Shown here piece after piece: positions 27,951-40,363 of a stretch of DNA of 64,000 nt. Both the position numbers and the translations under genes were made by a program. The notes below the pieces were generated by a model. It ran no database searches and was not told where the DNA came from. It worked only from the letters and a program-made list of their open reading frames with translations. The DNA comes from Squalus acanthias (taxonomy: Eukaryota). The DNA is taken from the NCBI GenBank assembly GCA_030390025.1, contig CM059431.1:132310001-132374000 (forward strand), read 5' to 3'. Numbering within the stretch: position 1 is the first letter of the stretch; each line of letters starts with the position of its first letter.

Positions 27951-28317
27951 ACGGATGTAGTAGATGGCAAGTAAAGTGGAGATCAGAGGGCCAATCCCTC
28001 AATGTTATGATAGTGAGTAGCAATGTTGTGAGAGTTGCTTCCGAGGTTTCAAACGTGACCTGCAAGCTGCAGACACCGAAATCTGTGGGCAAAATGGAGT
28101 GAGCAAGAGCTTTTCCATGAGGCAAGTAATGAGGTGCAATGTTACAGTATTTATGTGCTTTTTTCCCAGCTGTCAATGAATGAACTCACCAAGCTTCCAC
28201 TGAGCTTCCACCTCCCCTTCACAGGCGAGGTACCCAACCTCCATGAATCCCATGCTCTTGCAGTAAAACTCAAAAGATGCCGTTAAAATCACTCCTAAAG
28301 GTCTCTAAACAAGCATA

Positions 28318-29205
28318 GTGTTCAGTGCCATTTGCAACTCCTCAGATAATGAAGCAGTCTGTGCCCGCATGCAACAAGACCTGGACGACATTCAGGCTTG
28401 GGCTGATAAGTGGCAGGTAACATTCGCGCCACACAAGTGCCAGGCAATGACTATCTCCAACAAGCAAGAGTCTAACCACCGCCCCTTGACATTCAATGGC
28501 ATCACCATCGCTGAATCCCCCACCATCAACATCCTGGGGGGTCACTATTGACCAGAAACTTAACTGGACCAGCCACATAAATGCCGTGGCAACAAGAGCA
28601 GGTCAGAGGCTGGGTATTCTGCGGCAAGTGTCTCACCTCCTGACTCCCCAAAGCCTTTCCACCATCTACAAGATACAAGTAAGGAGTGTGATGGAATACT
28701 CTCCACTTGCTTGGATGAGTGCAGCTCCAACAACACTCAAGAAGCTCGACACCATCCAGGACAAGCAGCCCGCTTGATTGACACCCCATCCACCACCTTA
28801 AACACTCACTCCCTCTACCACTGGCTTACCGTGGCTGCAGTGTGTACCATCTACAAGATGCACTGCAGCAACTCGCCAAGGCTCCTTCGGCAGCACCTCC
28901 CAAACCCGCGACTTCTACCGCCTAGAAGGACAAGGGCAGCAGGCACATGGGAACACCACCACCTCCAAGTTCCCCTCCAAGTCACACACCATCTGACTTG
29001 GAAGTCTATCGCCGTTCCTTCTTCGTCGCTGGGTCAAAATCCTGGAACTCCCTACGTAACAGCAGTGTGGGAGTACCTTCACCACACGGACTGCAGCGGT
29101 TCAAGAAGGCGGCTCACCGCCATCTTCTCAAGGGCAATTAGGGATGGGCAATAAATGCTGGTCTTGCCAGCGATGCCCAGATCCCATGAACAAATCAAAA
29201 AAAAC
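28318..29205 (+). mobile_element. LINE 3' fragment (same family as 19801-21722) nested in the Harbinger
   Basis: Near-identical RT C-terminal sequence and 3' tail ending in an A-run. Confidence 0.9.
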
Positions 29206-30080
29206 TTAATGATTTCAATGAGGTCACCCGCATATGCCGATCAGGTCCGTGTCACGCCTTCAAAGCGAGGTGGCGGGGTGACGGCGGGTTCCCGACACGC
29301 TTGTTATTTCGGGATTTTTCCTGCCGACACGCCCCCAAACCCGCACGCGCGGCAATGGGAAAGTTCCGGCCATAGTCTCAGAATAAGGGGTCGGCCATTT
29401 AGGACTGAGATGAGGAGAAATTTCTCAGAAAGTTGTGAATCTTTGGAATTCTGTACCCCAGAGGGCTGTGGATGCTCAGTCGTTGACTGTATTCAAGGCA
29501 GAGATCGATAGATTTTTGGGTGCTAAGGGAATCAAGGGATATGGGGATAGGGTGAGAAAGTGGAGTTGATGTAAAATTTCAGCCATGATCTTCTTGAATG
29601 GCGGAGCAGGCTCGAGGGGCCATATGGTCTACTCCAGCTCTTATTTCTTATGTTCTTATGTTCTTAATTAAAGGTCCTCATACAAGGGAGTTATCTAAGG
29701 CTGTGAAATATTTAGCTGTGACTTTAATTTGCACTTTATTGCTATTCGGTATCGTGATCATAGTAAATTAAGTCCACTGTACTAAAAATCAGTGTGATTA
29801 TAGGCTCAGGTAGAGCTGTATATTATTTACAGGGCTGTATAATGTTTTATGTGTTCTTAGAGTTTACACAGTGAAATCTTGTGTGACTAACTTACAGACT
29901 CTTAAATGATTACAAAGGGTAATGATGTCTTGCCAGCTACATATCACGATTCAGGTGTATGCACCCCATGATTTGTTATCCATTAAAATGACTGAAGTCC
30001 GAGTATGCACTCCTGGCAAGTGAAGCTCCATGTCGAAGTCCAATTTCATAAAATCATCATTATAGAACCTTTTATAAATA

Positions 30081-31236
30081 GGCCTAGAAATTGTCCCTTG
30101 TTGCTCCCATTTTATGGGTGTAAAATGGGCACAACAGGGGCAAATTTTGGAGACCAAGTTTGCATGCCCGAACAGCGTTGAAAAAATGTCCAATTCCCTA
30201 ATGGTTTGGGCACTGTCGCGGTATCCCTGGCAATCACTGAAAACAGGCGTTAGGCCCCTTGAATATGCTAATAAAGGGCCTAAAACCTGCAAACGGGAAA
30301 TTGGTTTACCCATGCATCAGGTGTATTGTGTTCAGGATTACATGGTCTATATGCAGTCTAACCAACAGATCTTAAAGGGGCCACTGGAGGCCTCCATCAA
30401 AAAGGTAAGTTTATAGTTTTTTACTTACTTGAATGTGGAGCCGGGAGGAGTGCATTGCAACCGCGGGCCACATTGAGCAACCGCATGCCCCCATCCTGAT
30501 TGACTCCTCCTATCCCGGATTCACCTGAGGCCCGCATTCACTTCTCCTCCATGACTGGCGAGCTGCCTCTGGGTCCGAGACTGGCACCTGCAGCTTGTCA
30601 GTTCAATACTAATGAGGCCGGTGAACCAACATGCTGTGGTCTGGTCGCCAGCTTTATTAAGCAGGTGCCAGCTGTGGCTTCGTGGCAGTACTCTTGCCTC
30701 TGAGTCAGAAGATTATGGGTTCAAGTCCAACCTCCAGAAACTTGAGCACAAAAATCTAGGTGTGCTCTACTGAGGGAGTGCTGCACTGTCAGACGTCCTG
30801 TCTTTTGGCTGAGTCACATAAAAGTTCCCATAGCACAATTTGAAGAAAAGCAGTAATGTTCTCTACCAACATCACTTCAAAAAAAATTATCTGGTCAATT
30901 ATCTCATTGCTGTTTGTGGGACCTTGCTGTGTGCTAATTGGCTGCTGTGTTTCCTACATTACAACAGTGCCTTGGGATGTTTTACTATATCAATAGGAAG
31001 TTTTGAAAATGATGAATACCGAGTTTGGGTGAGAACATACTAAATATTCTAATTGTTTTTGATATAAATGCAAGTTGTTGTTGTTGACTACACCTCAAAA
31101 ATACTTCATTGGCTGTAAAGTGCTTTGGGAGGTGATGAGAGACACGACATAGATACAAATTCCTTCTTTCTAAGCGCGTGCGGAGTACGCTGCACCGGGT
31201 TCGCCTCCGTTTTGGGTGCAATCCAATTTCTAGGCT
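30081..31236. mobile_element. Harbinger-type MITE containing a SacSINE1-like insert (about 30667-31170, +)
   Basis: TIRs ggcctagaaattg / caatttctaggct with ATA TSD. Confidence 0.72.
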
Positions 31237-31619
31237 ATAATCACTGGTGTGGGGGCAGTCCAACATTAATTCCAAGTCCATGATCAGATTTGTGCATGTA
31301 TTGGAAGTGCTAAACTGGCTTTTCCCACCTCCATCCAGCCACCAAGTTTCCATTTAAAAAATAATAAAAATTAGAGTTTATCAAAGTTAAGGCTAAGTAT
31401 GCAGATTTTTGCTTTTCTTCTTCGAATTTTGCTCAAATTCAGACAAGCTTGGATCTGTACTTCATGTTGTATATTCTTTATCAGACGTATGTCTTTCCTA
31501 GATTCGATATATTGAGCTCAATAAGCCACTGCACAGTTGACTGTCAGTTCAAAAGAATCCTAAAGTCACATTAGAAAAGTGATCAATGACAGCAAAGAAT
31601 GGCATTCCTTCCTTTTAAA

Positions 31620-32080
31620 GAAAGAAAGACTTGCATTTATATAGCGCCTTTCATGACCACCGGACGTCCCAAAGCGCTTTACACAATGAAGTATTTTTGA
31701 AGTGGAGTCACTGTTGTAATGTGGGAAATGCGGCAGCCAATTTGAACACAGCAAGCTCCCACAAACAGCGATAATGACCAGATAATCTGTTTTTGTTATG
31801 TTGGCTGAGGGATAAATATTGGCCAGGACACCAGGGAGAACTCCCCTGCTCTTCTTTGAAATAGTGTCATGGGATCTTTTACGTCCACCTGAGAGAGCAG
31901 ATGGGGCCTCGGTTTAACATCTCATCCGAAAGACAACACCTCAACAGTGCAGCACCCCCTCAGTACTGCACTGGAGTGTCAGCCTAACTTTATGTGCTCA
32001 AGTCCCTGGAGTGGGACTATGAACCCACAACCTTCTGACTCAGAGGCGAGTGTGCTACCCACTGAGCCACAGCTGACACA
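31620..32080 (-). mobile_element. SacSINE1-like tRNA-derived DeuSINE, near full length
   Basis: On -: tRNA-like head with A/B boxes (tggctcagtgg...ggttcatagtcc), Deu-type body, and an L2-like tail (aaggcgctatataaatgcaagtctttcttt). Family name is from recall. Confidence 0.82.
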
Positions 32081-33830
32081 TGAGTCCTCAATTTACAAGA
32101 GTCCTCAGTGAAATATAACCAAAGTCAAAGCAGAATGAAGATTAAAATCCCACACATGTTAGACATTTGGGGCCAAAATTACTCTGTTAGGTAATTTATT
32201 GAAAAAGTAGGGCCTAGAAATTTGATTAGGCTGGGAAATGGTGGGGCCACCGCAGGCCGAAGTTAACGGCCGCCCACAAAAAGAGCTGTCTGCTGATTTA
32301 AATTAGCACTGTGCAAAACCTATCGTGTAATGCACTGTTTCAGGTGGTAGTCTCAGCAGAAGGCCCAATGAAGCGTGGTCGTAGTCCCTGGAGCAAGGCA
32401 GCGTTGTCTTAAAGCTAGCCTGTCATTTTAGAAAGCAGTGTCGATCCCTTAAAGGGGAACAGCCTTCTAAAATGAAAAAAATAAAAATCATTTAAAAATA
32501 GTCAGTCTTTAGTCCTGAGAGCTCAACTGCCTTCTGAAAAAAAATAAACATTAAAAATAATTCCCAAATGGCAGTTTTCAGTTCTTAAAGCTGAATTCCC
32601 TTCCGCACTTAAAAAAAATGGTAAAAGTGCTTCAGCACTAACACAAATGGCTCAACAAGCTAGGGGAGGGGGCACCCAGGGTCTCGCACGCAGCACGCCA
32701 GCTTTGTGCAGGGCTCAACACTTGAAGAGAGGTCCTCTACCCACAGGGGCCAGGAGGCCCTCCAGAAAGAATGATGTGGGACCACATCACTGAGGCGGTC
32801 ACTGCCGGCAGTATCATCCCCCCAGGACCTGGCTCCAGTGCCCAAAGAATTTTCATGACCTCAGACCAGTGATCAAGGTCAGAGAATACATCTTCAAAAG
32901 CCGTCTCCTACCAACTGCACCACTAACCTCACACACATCTCAATGCACAACTCCCCCACCCAATCATTCACCTACCAACAAACTGTACCAAACATGAGGC
33001 ACACCTCCAATTCCTAGCTTCACCTCATCCCCTTGGAGGAGACGGTGCTGGCCATTCTTGGCAGGGGCATGGCTGAGCCCTTGGCCAGTAGCGGGGCTGA
33101 AAGGATACAAGATGCTGGTATCCTCATACGTTATCCTTCTTCTCACATCCCACTTTCCCCTCATCCCACAATATCTCATGATTTACAAGGTGCGCATGGT
33201 GTAACCATGTAGCTCTTGCTTTCCTGCCCTCCCCTCACCACAATCTACCCTTGTGTCTTCCTCATTTCACACACCCAAGAAATCCAGCCTGCCCAGCCAG
33301 TGGTTGACAAAGAAGAGGGAGAGGAGAAGAAGAAAAAGAAAAAGAAAAAAGAAAAAGAAAAAGAAACAACACCATCATTCGATTTTACACTCCCATGCAC
33401 CAGCTCCTCAAGGTCAACCAGCAAGGACATTTACAGTGTTCCCCCACTGAAAGTCAGCAGCCTCCCACCAGCCATGCTGCAGCCACTGGGGTAGCACTGC
33501 ATGATATCAGTAGGATAGGCAAAAGCACTAAGGGAATGCACAAGGGTGATTAGTTGATTTCTTGATGTACTATTGGATGCATATATGGATAAAGTTGGAT
33601 TAGAAAGTTTGCTTTGTGGTGGCTTTTATTTCAACATTGTGGCCAAAAGGACACTGTGCTGGTCAGTAACTGAGGGAAGGTAAGGTGTGGGACAAATGTT
33701 GAAAGGGGAATTGAGGTTGTGGTCCATTCTGGATATCGCAGCCAGAAAGGGGCTGTTTGGGTGGTATCCTTCCTTCCGCTTCCTCCTTTTCTACTTCTTC
33801 CTCTTCTGCATCTTCCTCTTCACTCTGCGA

Positions 33831-33976
33831 GCTGATGCTGGAAATCTGAAATAAAAGCAGAAAATGCTGGAAATAATCAACAGGTCAGGCAGCATCTTGA
33901 CCTGAGACGTGAACTCTGTTTCTCTTTCCACAAATGTTGCCTGATCTGCTGAGTATTTCCAGTATATTCTGTCTTC
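33831..33976. mobile_element. Penelope-like end remnant in inverted arrangement
   Basis: Matches 57580-57740 in both orientations (gctggaaatctgaaataa...; gacctgagacgtgaactctg...). Confidence 0.7.
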
Positions 33977-34060
33977 TCAGAGGCCTTCCTTCACAATCAA
34001 GTAGCCTTGCAAGCATCCAGCAGCACACCCTGCATTCCCTGCACACTTTAAAAACTTTTA

Positions 34061-34907
34061 GGGCTGGATTTTGAATGACCCGTGGAGTCGGGTTTGGAGT
34101 CGGGTGGGGGGGGGTTAAAGTTGCAGATTCGGTGGTCCTGACCCCATCCCGACTCCAACCCGCCTCCATGCCAGTTTCTCTGGCGGCGGGTACCTGACCT
34201 GGTCTGAGACCCAACTCCTCGAGGCAGAAAGGGATTAGTGACAATTAACTGCCTGTTAACAGGTAGTTAACAGGCAGTTTTTTGCATAATCCCTATTTTA
34301 AAAAGAAAAGTGTGGGCTTCCCGACAGGTGGCAAACACTCCAAGTTATCGGGTCGGGTCGTGGGTCTGCAGGGGTTGGAGGGGTCGATATGTCTGGTGGG
34401 CAGGTGAGTGATGGGTGCATGTGTGCAGAGGTAAGTGTGTAAGGTAAGTGCTAAGTGTTGGAAAAAGTTTTACTTACCTTAACTTCCTCCTGCAGGTGTC
34501 AGCCCTTCAGTTCTCGGGAGTTAGAAATCTCACTGGCACAGAAAGCAGGAAAGCCGTGGACCTGTCAAAAACTGCAACCTTCTGGTTTCTGTGGTGGAAT
34601 GATTTCTAACTCAGCCTGAAAGGAAGGACTGAAGTTAGAAATCATATTGTGAGTGTTTGACAGCTTCACAGAGCTGTCAAACGCTGATATTTTATCTGTC
34701 AAAAGCTCTTGACAGATGTAATGTCAGTCTGTGACGTCACCTGTTGCCGGGTGGCCCTTAATTGGCCTGCTGAGCCCACTGGGCGGGCTCAACAAGGTCA
34801 ATCAAGGGAAAATACAGTGGGTTGGCCACATCTCGATGGAGGCGGGTTCACAAGCCAGAATGTGTGATTCCCGACCTCAACCCGACTCTAACTTCAAAAT
34901 CCAGCCC
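34061..34907. mobile_element. Harbinger MITE (847 bp)
   Basis: Perfect 15-bp TIR gggctggattttgaa / ttcaaaatccagccc with TTA TSD. Homolog at 40364-41765. Confidence 0.92.
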
Positions 34908-35534
34908 TTAAAATCTATTGCACCAAGCCACTACTTCAATAAAATATTTAAAAAGTCCAAAAGCTTAAATCCAAACTTGCCTGAAAGATGTGTGTGTCCC
35001 TTTAAGAAGCATTGACAGCGTCTCTGCAGGGCTGCTTCACGCACGCTTTTCTGTGCGAGAACGTCCAAATTAGCAGTCGTGGCATCAAGTCAGGCATTGC
35101 ACGCCGGTTGACATCACAATCTGCTAATTTTACATTTGAGATGCCAGAGCTGTCAATGGCCCAAAATGGCGGCCACCGTGTCCTGCGCCGGAAGCGCGCC
35201 TTCGCGAAGCGGCCACCATTTTTTCAACAAAACTGGCCTTAATGGTCGGCACTACACTGGGGAATTTCTAGGCCGAAAAGTGTTAAAAGTGGTAGAATCA
35301 GAGGAGTAAGCACTAATAAACTGTTTATCTGTGCTTAGTATTTCTCTGGCAATTCCGACCACTCCAAAAAATGGATTAAAAAAACCTTAACAAAAAGGTA
35401 TTAGAAAAGCTATTTGGTCTTGTTAAAGGTCAATTAAGAGCTAAGTATCCACTAATAGATCTACAAACATTAATACTTAGTGCCAGAGTCAGCTGACCGA
35501 ATGCCTCGATATCAAAGTATTACCAGAAATATAA

Positions 35535-36170
35535 GGGTCGATTTTAAGATGGGGCGAGGTTGCACCGAGTTCCCAACGTGTTCCTGCTCTCCACCATCTT
35601 AACTGACCTGAAACCAAGCATGGGAAGGCTGCCCGTTGCAGAACATCATCATCGGCCTAATTTAAATGGTGAAGTTGTGTTCTGATGACAATGCACCAGT
35701 TGAACTGTGGGTCGAATAAGTGCCACACAGTCTCAGACCCACCAATGAAAGCTAGCGGCAGGCAGCATTGTGGCCACAGGAGGTGCAGGTAAGTTTATTT
35801 ATTTACGTTTTAAAGGTTCCCTGTGGGCCAGGAAGTGCAGTCCTGCTCCTCTTGGCCACACAAGATTACCTTGGACCTCCCCCCACCCTCCCCGATCGTG
35901 ATCTTTGCTGATCCCACCCCATTGCTCACACCTTGCTGGGGAACCATTTTCATGGGTCCCCAGCATGCGGCTTGACCCCTAGCGACTTTCCACTCCCACC
36001 CACCAGCATTGATAACGTTCCTGCTGGCTTCGGGTGGGAGTCAGTGTCAGGGCATGTAAATAAGGCTTGGGAGTTAAAACCTCCTAAGCCTCACGCTTCG
36101 GAGGACCCGACGGATCAACACCCACTTCTGCCCATGCACCTCTGAATCGTGCCCTGAGTTAAAATCGATA
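35535..36170. mobile_element. Harbinger-type MITE (degenerate)
   Basis: gggtcgattttaa ... ttaaaatcga termini and a central caggtaagt / ggccaggaagtgcag block shared with other MITEs here. Confidence 0.5.
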
Positions 36171-37151
36171 GTATAGTCCCAGAAAAAGAGTTCCCCTCAC
36201 AGCTAAAGGGTAAATCGACTGTCTGGTGTGGTCCGGAAGGTTTCCACATTTAATCGCTGATGGATGCTGCGTTAGTTCAATTAAGTCAGACACCAGAAAT
36301 ATGGTACAGAGAAGTTTTCTGCCCCACAAAATAAGTACAATGGCAATAATACAGGCTTTCTCATTATCAAGAAAAAGGGGCCGGTACAGGAGCATAGGAG
36401 GCACTTGACCAGGAACAACTGTAGGTTAGTGGATGTATTGCAACAGACTTAGACCTGACCATTACAAAAGAGTTATGCCTGAGGGGGCTCCAGCTCAGCA
36501 GGGAGGCTGTAACTAAGGTGTGCTATCTGAGCCAAGAAAACCTGCAGGGGCAGTCAACTGAACTACCAGTGACAGTGAAGGTCACCAGGGGCCTCAACTT
36601 TTATAGCATCTTAGTTATCCACTGAGATATTACAGGAGTCAACCAATTTTCTGTGTGCCATTTGGACCATATATTCACCACACTACTATCTACGTGCAGT
36701 GAACAGTAAGAGCGGAGACAGCTGAAATGTTTTGAAGAACGGATGGAAGACATATAAGATATGTGTTGTGTAGTGCAACCATGGCTGATAATACCTTTGC
36801 ACAATCCTTCTGCCCCAGCAGGGAGCAGATACAGTGATGCAACGTTCAAGCTAGGGCCACATTGAGCAGATGTGGGAGTGCTAAAGCAACACTTCAGATG
36901 CTTTGACCAGTCAAGAAGGGCTGTATGTCCCAAAGAAGGTTGGTTGAATTATAGTCATAAGCTTTACAATATTGCCAGGGATGGAGGTCTCACCATAAAC
37001 TTGGATCTGGAGTATGTGTAAGACGTGGAAGAGCAAGTGGACCATGGTGTGATGCAAACACCAGCAGCAGATCAGTCATTGGAGCCAAGAAGCCAGTGCA
37101 GAAGCATGTCATTGCCCAGTCTATCCACTGAACTCTGCAATTGGACAGTGT

Positions 37152-37710
37152 AGCCTAGAAATCGATGATGCCGCACTCGTTATTCAGGCGCAAAACAGGC
37201 ACCTAAGCATCCAATATGGCGGGTGGGGCATTTACGCTCATTACACACGGTAAGTGCGCTGCACACCATATTAGTAAAGGCAGAAAAAGAATACACATAT
37301 AGGGGGCTAATGCCCGTTGCAAAATTGGACTGCATTCAGGAAAACATGCAGCATAACCAGCAGTTCTTAAAGGGACCACTGGAGGCCATCACCAATAAGT
37401 TATGTTTTTAAAAAATACTTACCTGAATGTGGAGCCGGAAAGAGCAGGCATGCTCCTTCTGGCTCCACTGCAATGCTGAAGATCCCCTCGGCCCCTTCTT
37501 CTCCCCTCTTCTGATTGCCATCCCGAGCGCTTCCCTCCCTCTCCCAATCTTCCCCCTCTCTCTCCCAGGACCTACCTGAGGGCCGCTGACAGTGATGCAG
37601 TGGCCTGAAATTGAAATCCTCTTCACCAGAGAGCTGCCCAGGGACGCCCAGCAATTCTCTGTCGCTCGCCCGTCTCATGTAAATGAGGCCTGAGGCCCAG
37701 TATCTGGCTC
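37152..37710. mobile_element. Harbinger-type MITE (degenerate)
   Basis: gcctagaaatc start. Internal block cttaaagggaccactggaggcc...acttacctgaatgtggagcc shared with the 30081 element. Confidence 0.5.
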
Positions 37711-39279
37711 AATAAGAATCTAGCTTTGGACTGGAGGCCGGTACACTGAGAGAGAGAATGTGTACCAGCCTTCAGCTGAGCATGGAGTTGGGGGAGGGGA
37801 AGAGGTCAGGCCAGGCAGTGGGGGTAGAAGAGAGGGTAGTTTCAAAAAATTATTTAGATAGGTTCCCTTGCACTGAAGGGCACAGTAGCATGTCGAGTGT
37901 GAGCCTGGGCCATTTCTCCCCAGTGGCAGGCAGGTGACAGATTTTCCAGCTGCATTGGGCAGTCGGGCACTGGAGATGTGCCTGTAGCAGTATGGGTACC
38001 AGGCACCCCCATACAAATTAGGTCCCTTCCACCTAACCCTGCAAATTCCAGGGGGATCAGTGCTACAATCGCAGCATAACTGCAAGATCACAGCCTGTGG
38101 ATTTTCAGCACCATAGTGTAGGTCCCAGAATAGCTGAATAATAATGTACATCCCACGAGTTGTATGATTTGTGAAGGCTCCTCAAGGGGTTTTAGTATTT
38201 TTTGTGTTAGGAGTACATCACCTGTTCCAATTTGCATCCTCTGACTATATGCCAAATTTTCCTTTGAAAATAAGAGCATTAACGTTATAGACAGGGGCCC
38301 CAAAATTCTTAGGGTCGCAATCCCATTGGTTACGCAGGGATCGTGCCCAGCAGTGCCCACCAATGTTGACCCTGCTGGAGTTAGCAGGATCAGTAGAAGG
38401 GCACTCCATTAGCATGAGACAAGTACCACTTCAGGTATATCTCTGGCACCTGCCTGTCCCGTACACTTGGAAGCTCTGGAGTTGTTCTTCCCTGGGGAAT
38501 GATTGCCCCCAAACCCAGCGATCATCCTATCAACAGTCAATCTGGTGAAATTTTGTTTCTTAAATTTAAGTCTTTTGGCGTCCAGACTTTGCCAGGCCTG
38601 GACCCCACTGGTGGGACCCGTATGTGCCCATGTGGAGGCCAGTACATCCCCACTCACTCAGCATACCGACCGCTATAATACCACTGGGTCCCGACTGTGG
38701 ATCAGAAGGAGGGACTGTGGCTTAGGGAGTCGTTGCCCCCAGACTGTGAAAGGCGGCCAGAAGTTCCACCCCTTACAGTTGAATGAAGAAATTCACAGAA
38801 ATGGCAGAGACCTGGTGTTTCAGGGACTCTGCTATTTCCCCGGGGCTGTCGACTATATCCCCTCGGAGTTATAGCGGGAGATCGGCAGAATGCCTCTGGA
38901 GTTTCAGGACTAGGGTGATTTGACCCAGAGAAATTCATTAGTGTGATATATTCTCTATTCTATCATGCTGTGTGTAATATAATTTGTTTAGCCCTGCTGT
39001 TTTCACTTTGAATACAATTCATCTTAACATTCCTTGTATGAGGAAAGTTCTTTTTTCCCTTCATGCTCTTAAGTTGTACAAGATTTTCATAACTTCTAAC
39101 CAGTTTTTGGTTGAAACAGAGTTCACCATGATGATTACCTACTCTTGTGATGGCTTTCTTTTTAAGGTATATGAAGGTCATCCTTCTTTACCAATGTTTC
39201 TGTACATTACAGAGCTCACCAGTACCTCCAGGGCCAGCTCTGTAAATTGAGCTTAATACAGGTGCTGTTTCATCAAGTC

Positions 39280-39865
39280 CACCATGACATATAAAACACT
39301 GGTTCGGCCCCAACTGGAGTACTGTGTCCAATTCTGGGTACCACGCTTTAGGAAGGATGTGAAAGCCTTAGAGAGGGTGCAGAAAAGAATTACGAGAATG
39401 ATTCCAGGAATGAGGGACTTCAGTTCCGTGATAGACTGAAGAAGCTGGGGTTGTTCTCCTTGGAGCAGAGAAGATTGAGAGGAGATTTGATAGAGGTGTT
39501 CAAAATCATGAGGGGTCTAGACAGAGTAGATAGAGATAAACTGTTCCCATTTGCAGAAGGGTTGAGAACCAGAGGACACAGATTTAAGGTGATTGGCAAA
39601 AGAACCAAAGGCGACATAAAAAAAAAAACTTTTTTATGCAGCGAGTGGTTAGGATCTGGAATGCAATACCTGAAAGGGTGGTGGAGCAGATTGAATCACG
39701 GCTTTCAAAAGGGAGTTGGATAAGTATCTGAAGGAAAGAAATTTGCAGGGCTACGGGGAAAGGGCGGGGGAGTGGGACTGGCTGAAGTGCTCTTGCAGAG
39801 AGCCGGCACGGGCTCGACGGGCCGAATGGCCTCCTTCTGTGCTGTAACCATTGTATGATTCTATG
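39280..39865 (+). mobile_element. CR1 LINE 3' fragment
   Basis: [16 protein letters not shown]...RGDLIEVFKIMRGLDRVD, followed by the CR1 tail. Confidence 0.9.
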
Positions 39866-40363
39866 ACATATTCCACAGCTGTATCAATGGGCTGGTTGAC
39901 ATTTATACTGGTTAAATGGCTCATTAGCTGCTTAAGAAGTGCCAAGAACATCTGTAGCTGCTTCTATTTTCCTGATACATTAGGGACAGCTTCCTCACAG
40001 GTTTCACAATGTTCCAATCATGCAGTCTTTCTGTTAGCAGTGTGGAAATACTGGAAAAAAGAAAGCTCTCATCTTTTTAATCAAAAGACTATTTTAAGCC
40101 CCTTTGTCTGCTTCATTTTTCCATTTAATTTTGTGGCTTAACTCTGCAAGCTAAGGTTGGCCGCTGTGACCTAATGTGCTGTTCTGCTGTTCCTTTAGGC
40201 CATTCAGCATAATCAATGCTTAATAATTTAAAGAGTCTGCATTACTATCTTTGCTGGATCATGGTAAGCTATAGGCCTGGAACAGAGCAGTTGGATAACT
40301 GTGGGGTCTGTGACCTGATCCACCATTTAACATAACTTTGTGTGTTGCATGTTCTGACACAGT

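Larger units (their letters stand above)
22029..29371. mobile_element. Full-architecture PIF/Harbinger transposon (Myb on +, transposase on -) with three nested insertions
   Basis: ATA 3-bp TSD inside CR1, degenerate TIRs ggctgtcacttt / aaagttccggcc, and convergent Myb and DDE transposase genes. Confidence 0.9.
21865..29665 (+). mobile_element. CR1 3' fragment split by the Harbinger insertion (21865-22028 and 29372-29665)
   Basis: LEFRRMRGDLIETYKIL...GESRTRSH | HSLRIRGRPFRTEMRRNF: continuous once the insert is removed. Confidence 0.88.
32211..35274 (+). mobile_element. Old Harbinger element with a decayed Myb exon (about 32647-32877) and nested MITE and Penelope remnant
   Basis: Perfect 12-bp TIR ggcctagaaatt / aatttctaggcc. 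RTWLQCPKNFHDL Myb motif remnant. Confidence 0.7.

Noticed and set aside
32000..32080. tRNA gene
   Set aside because: It is the tRNA-derived head of a SINE, continuous with the SINE body and tail.
33316..33368. Poly-Lys/Glu ORFs
   Set aside because: An A/G-rich microsatellite inside a decayed Harbinger.
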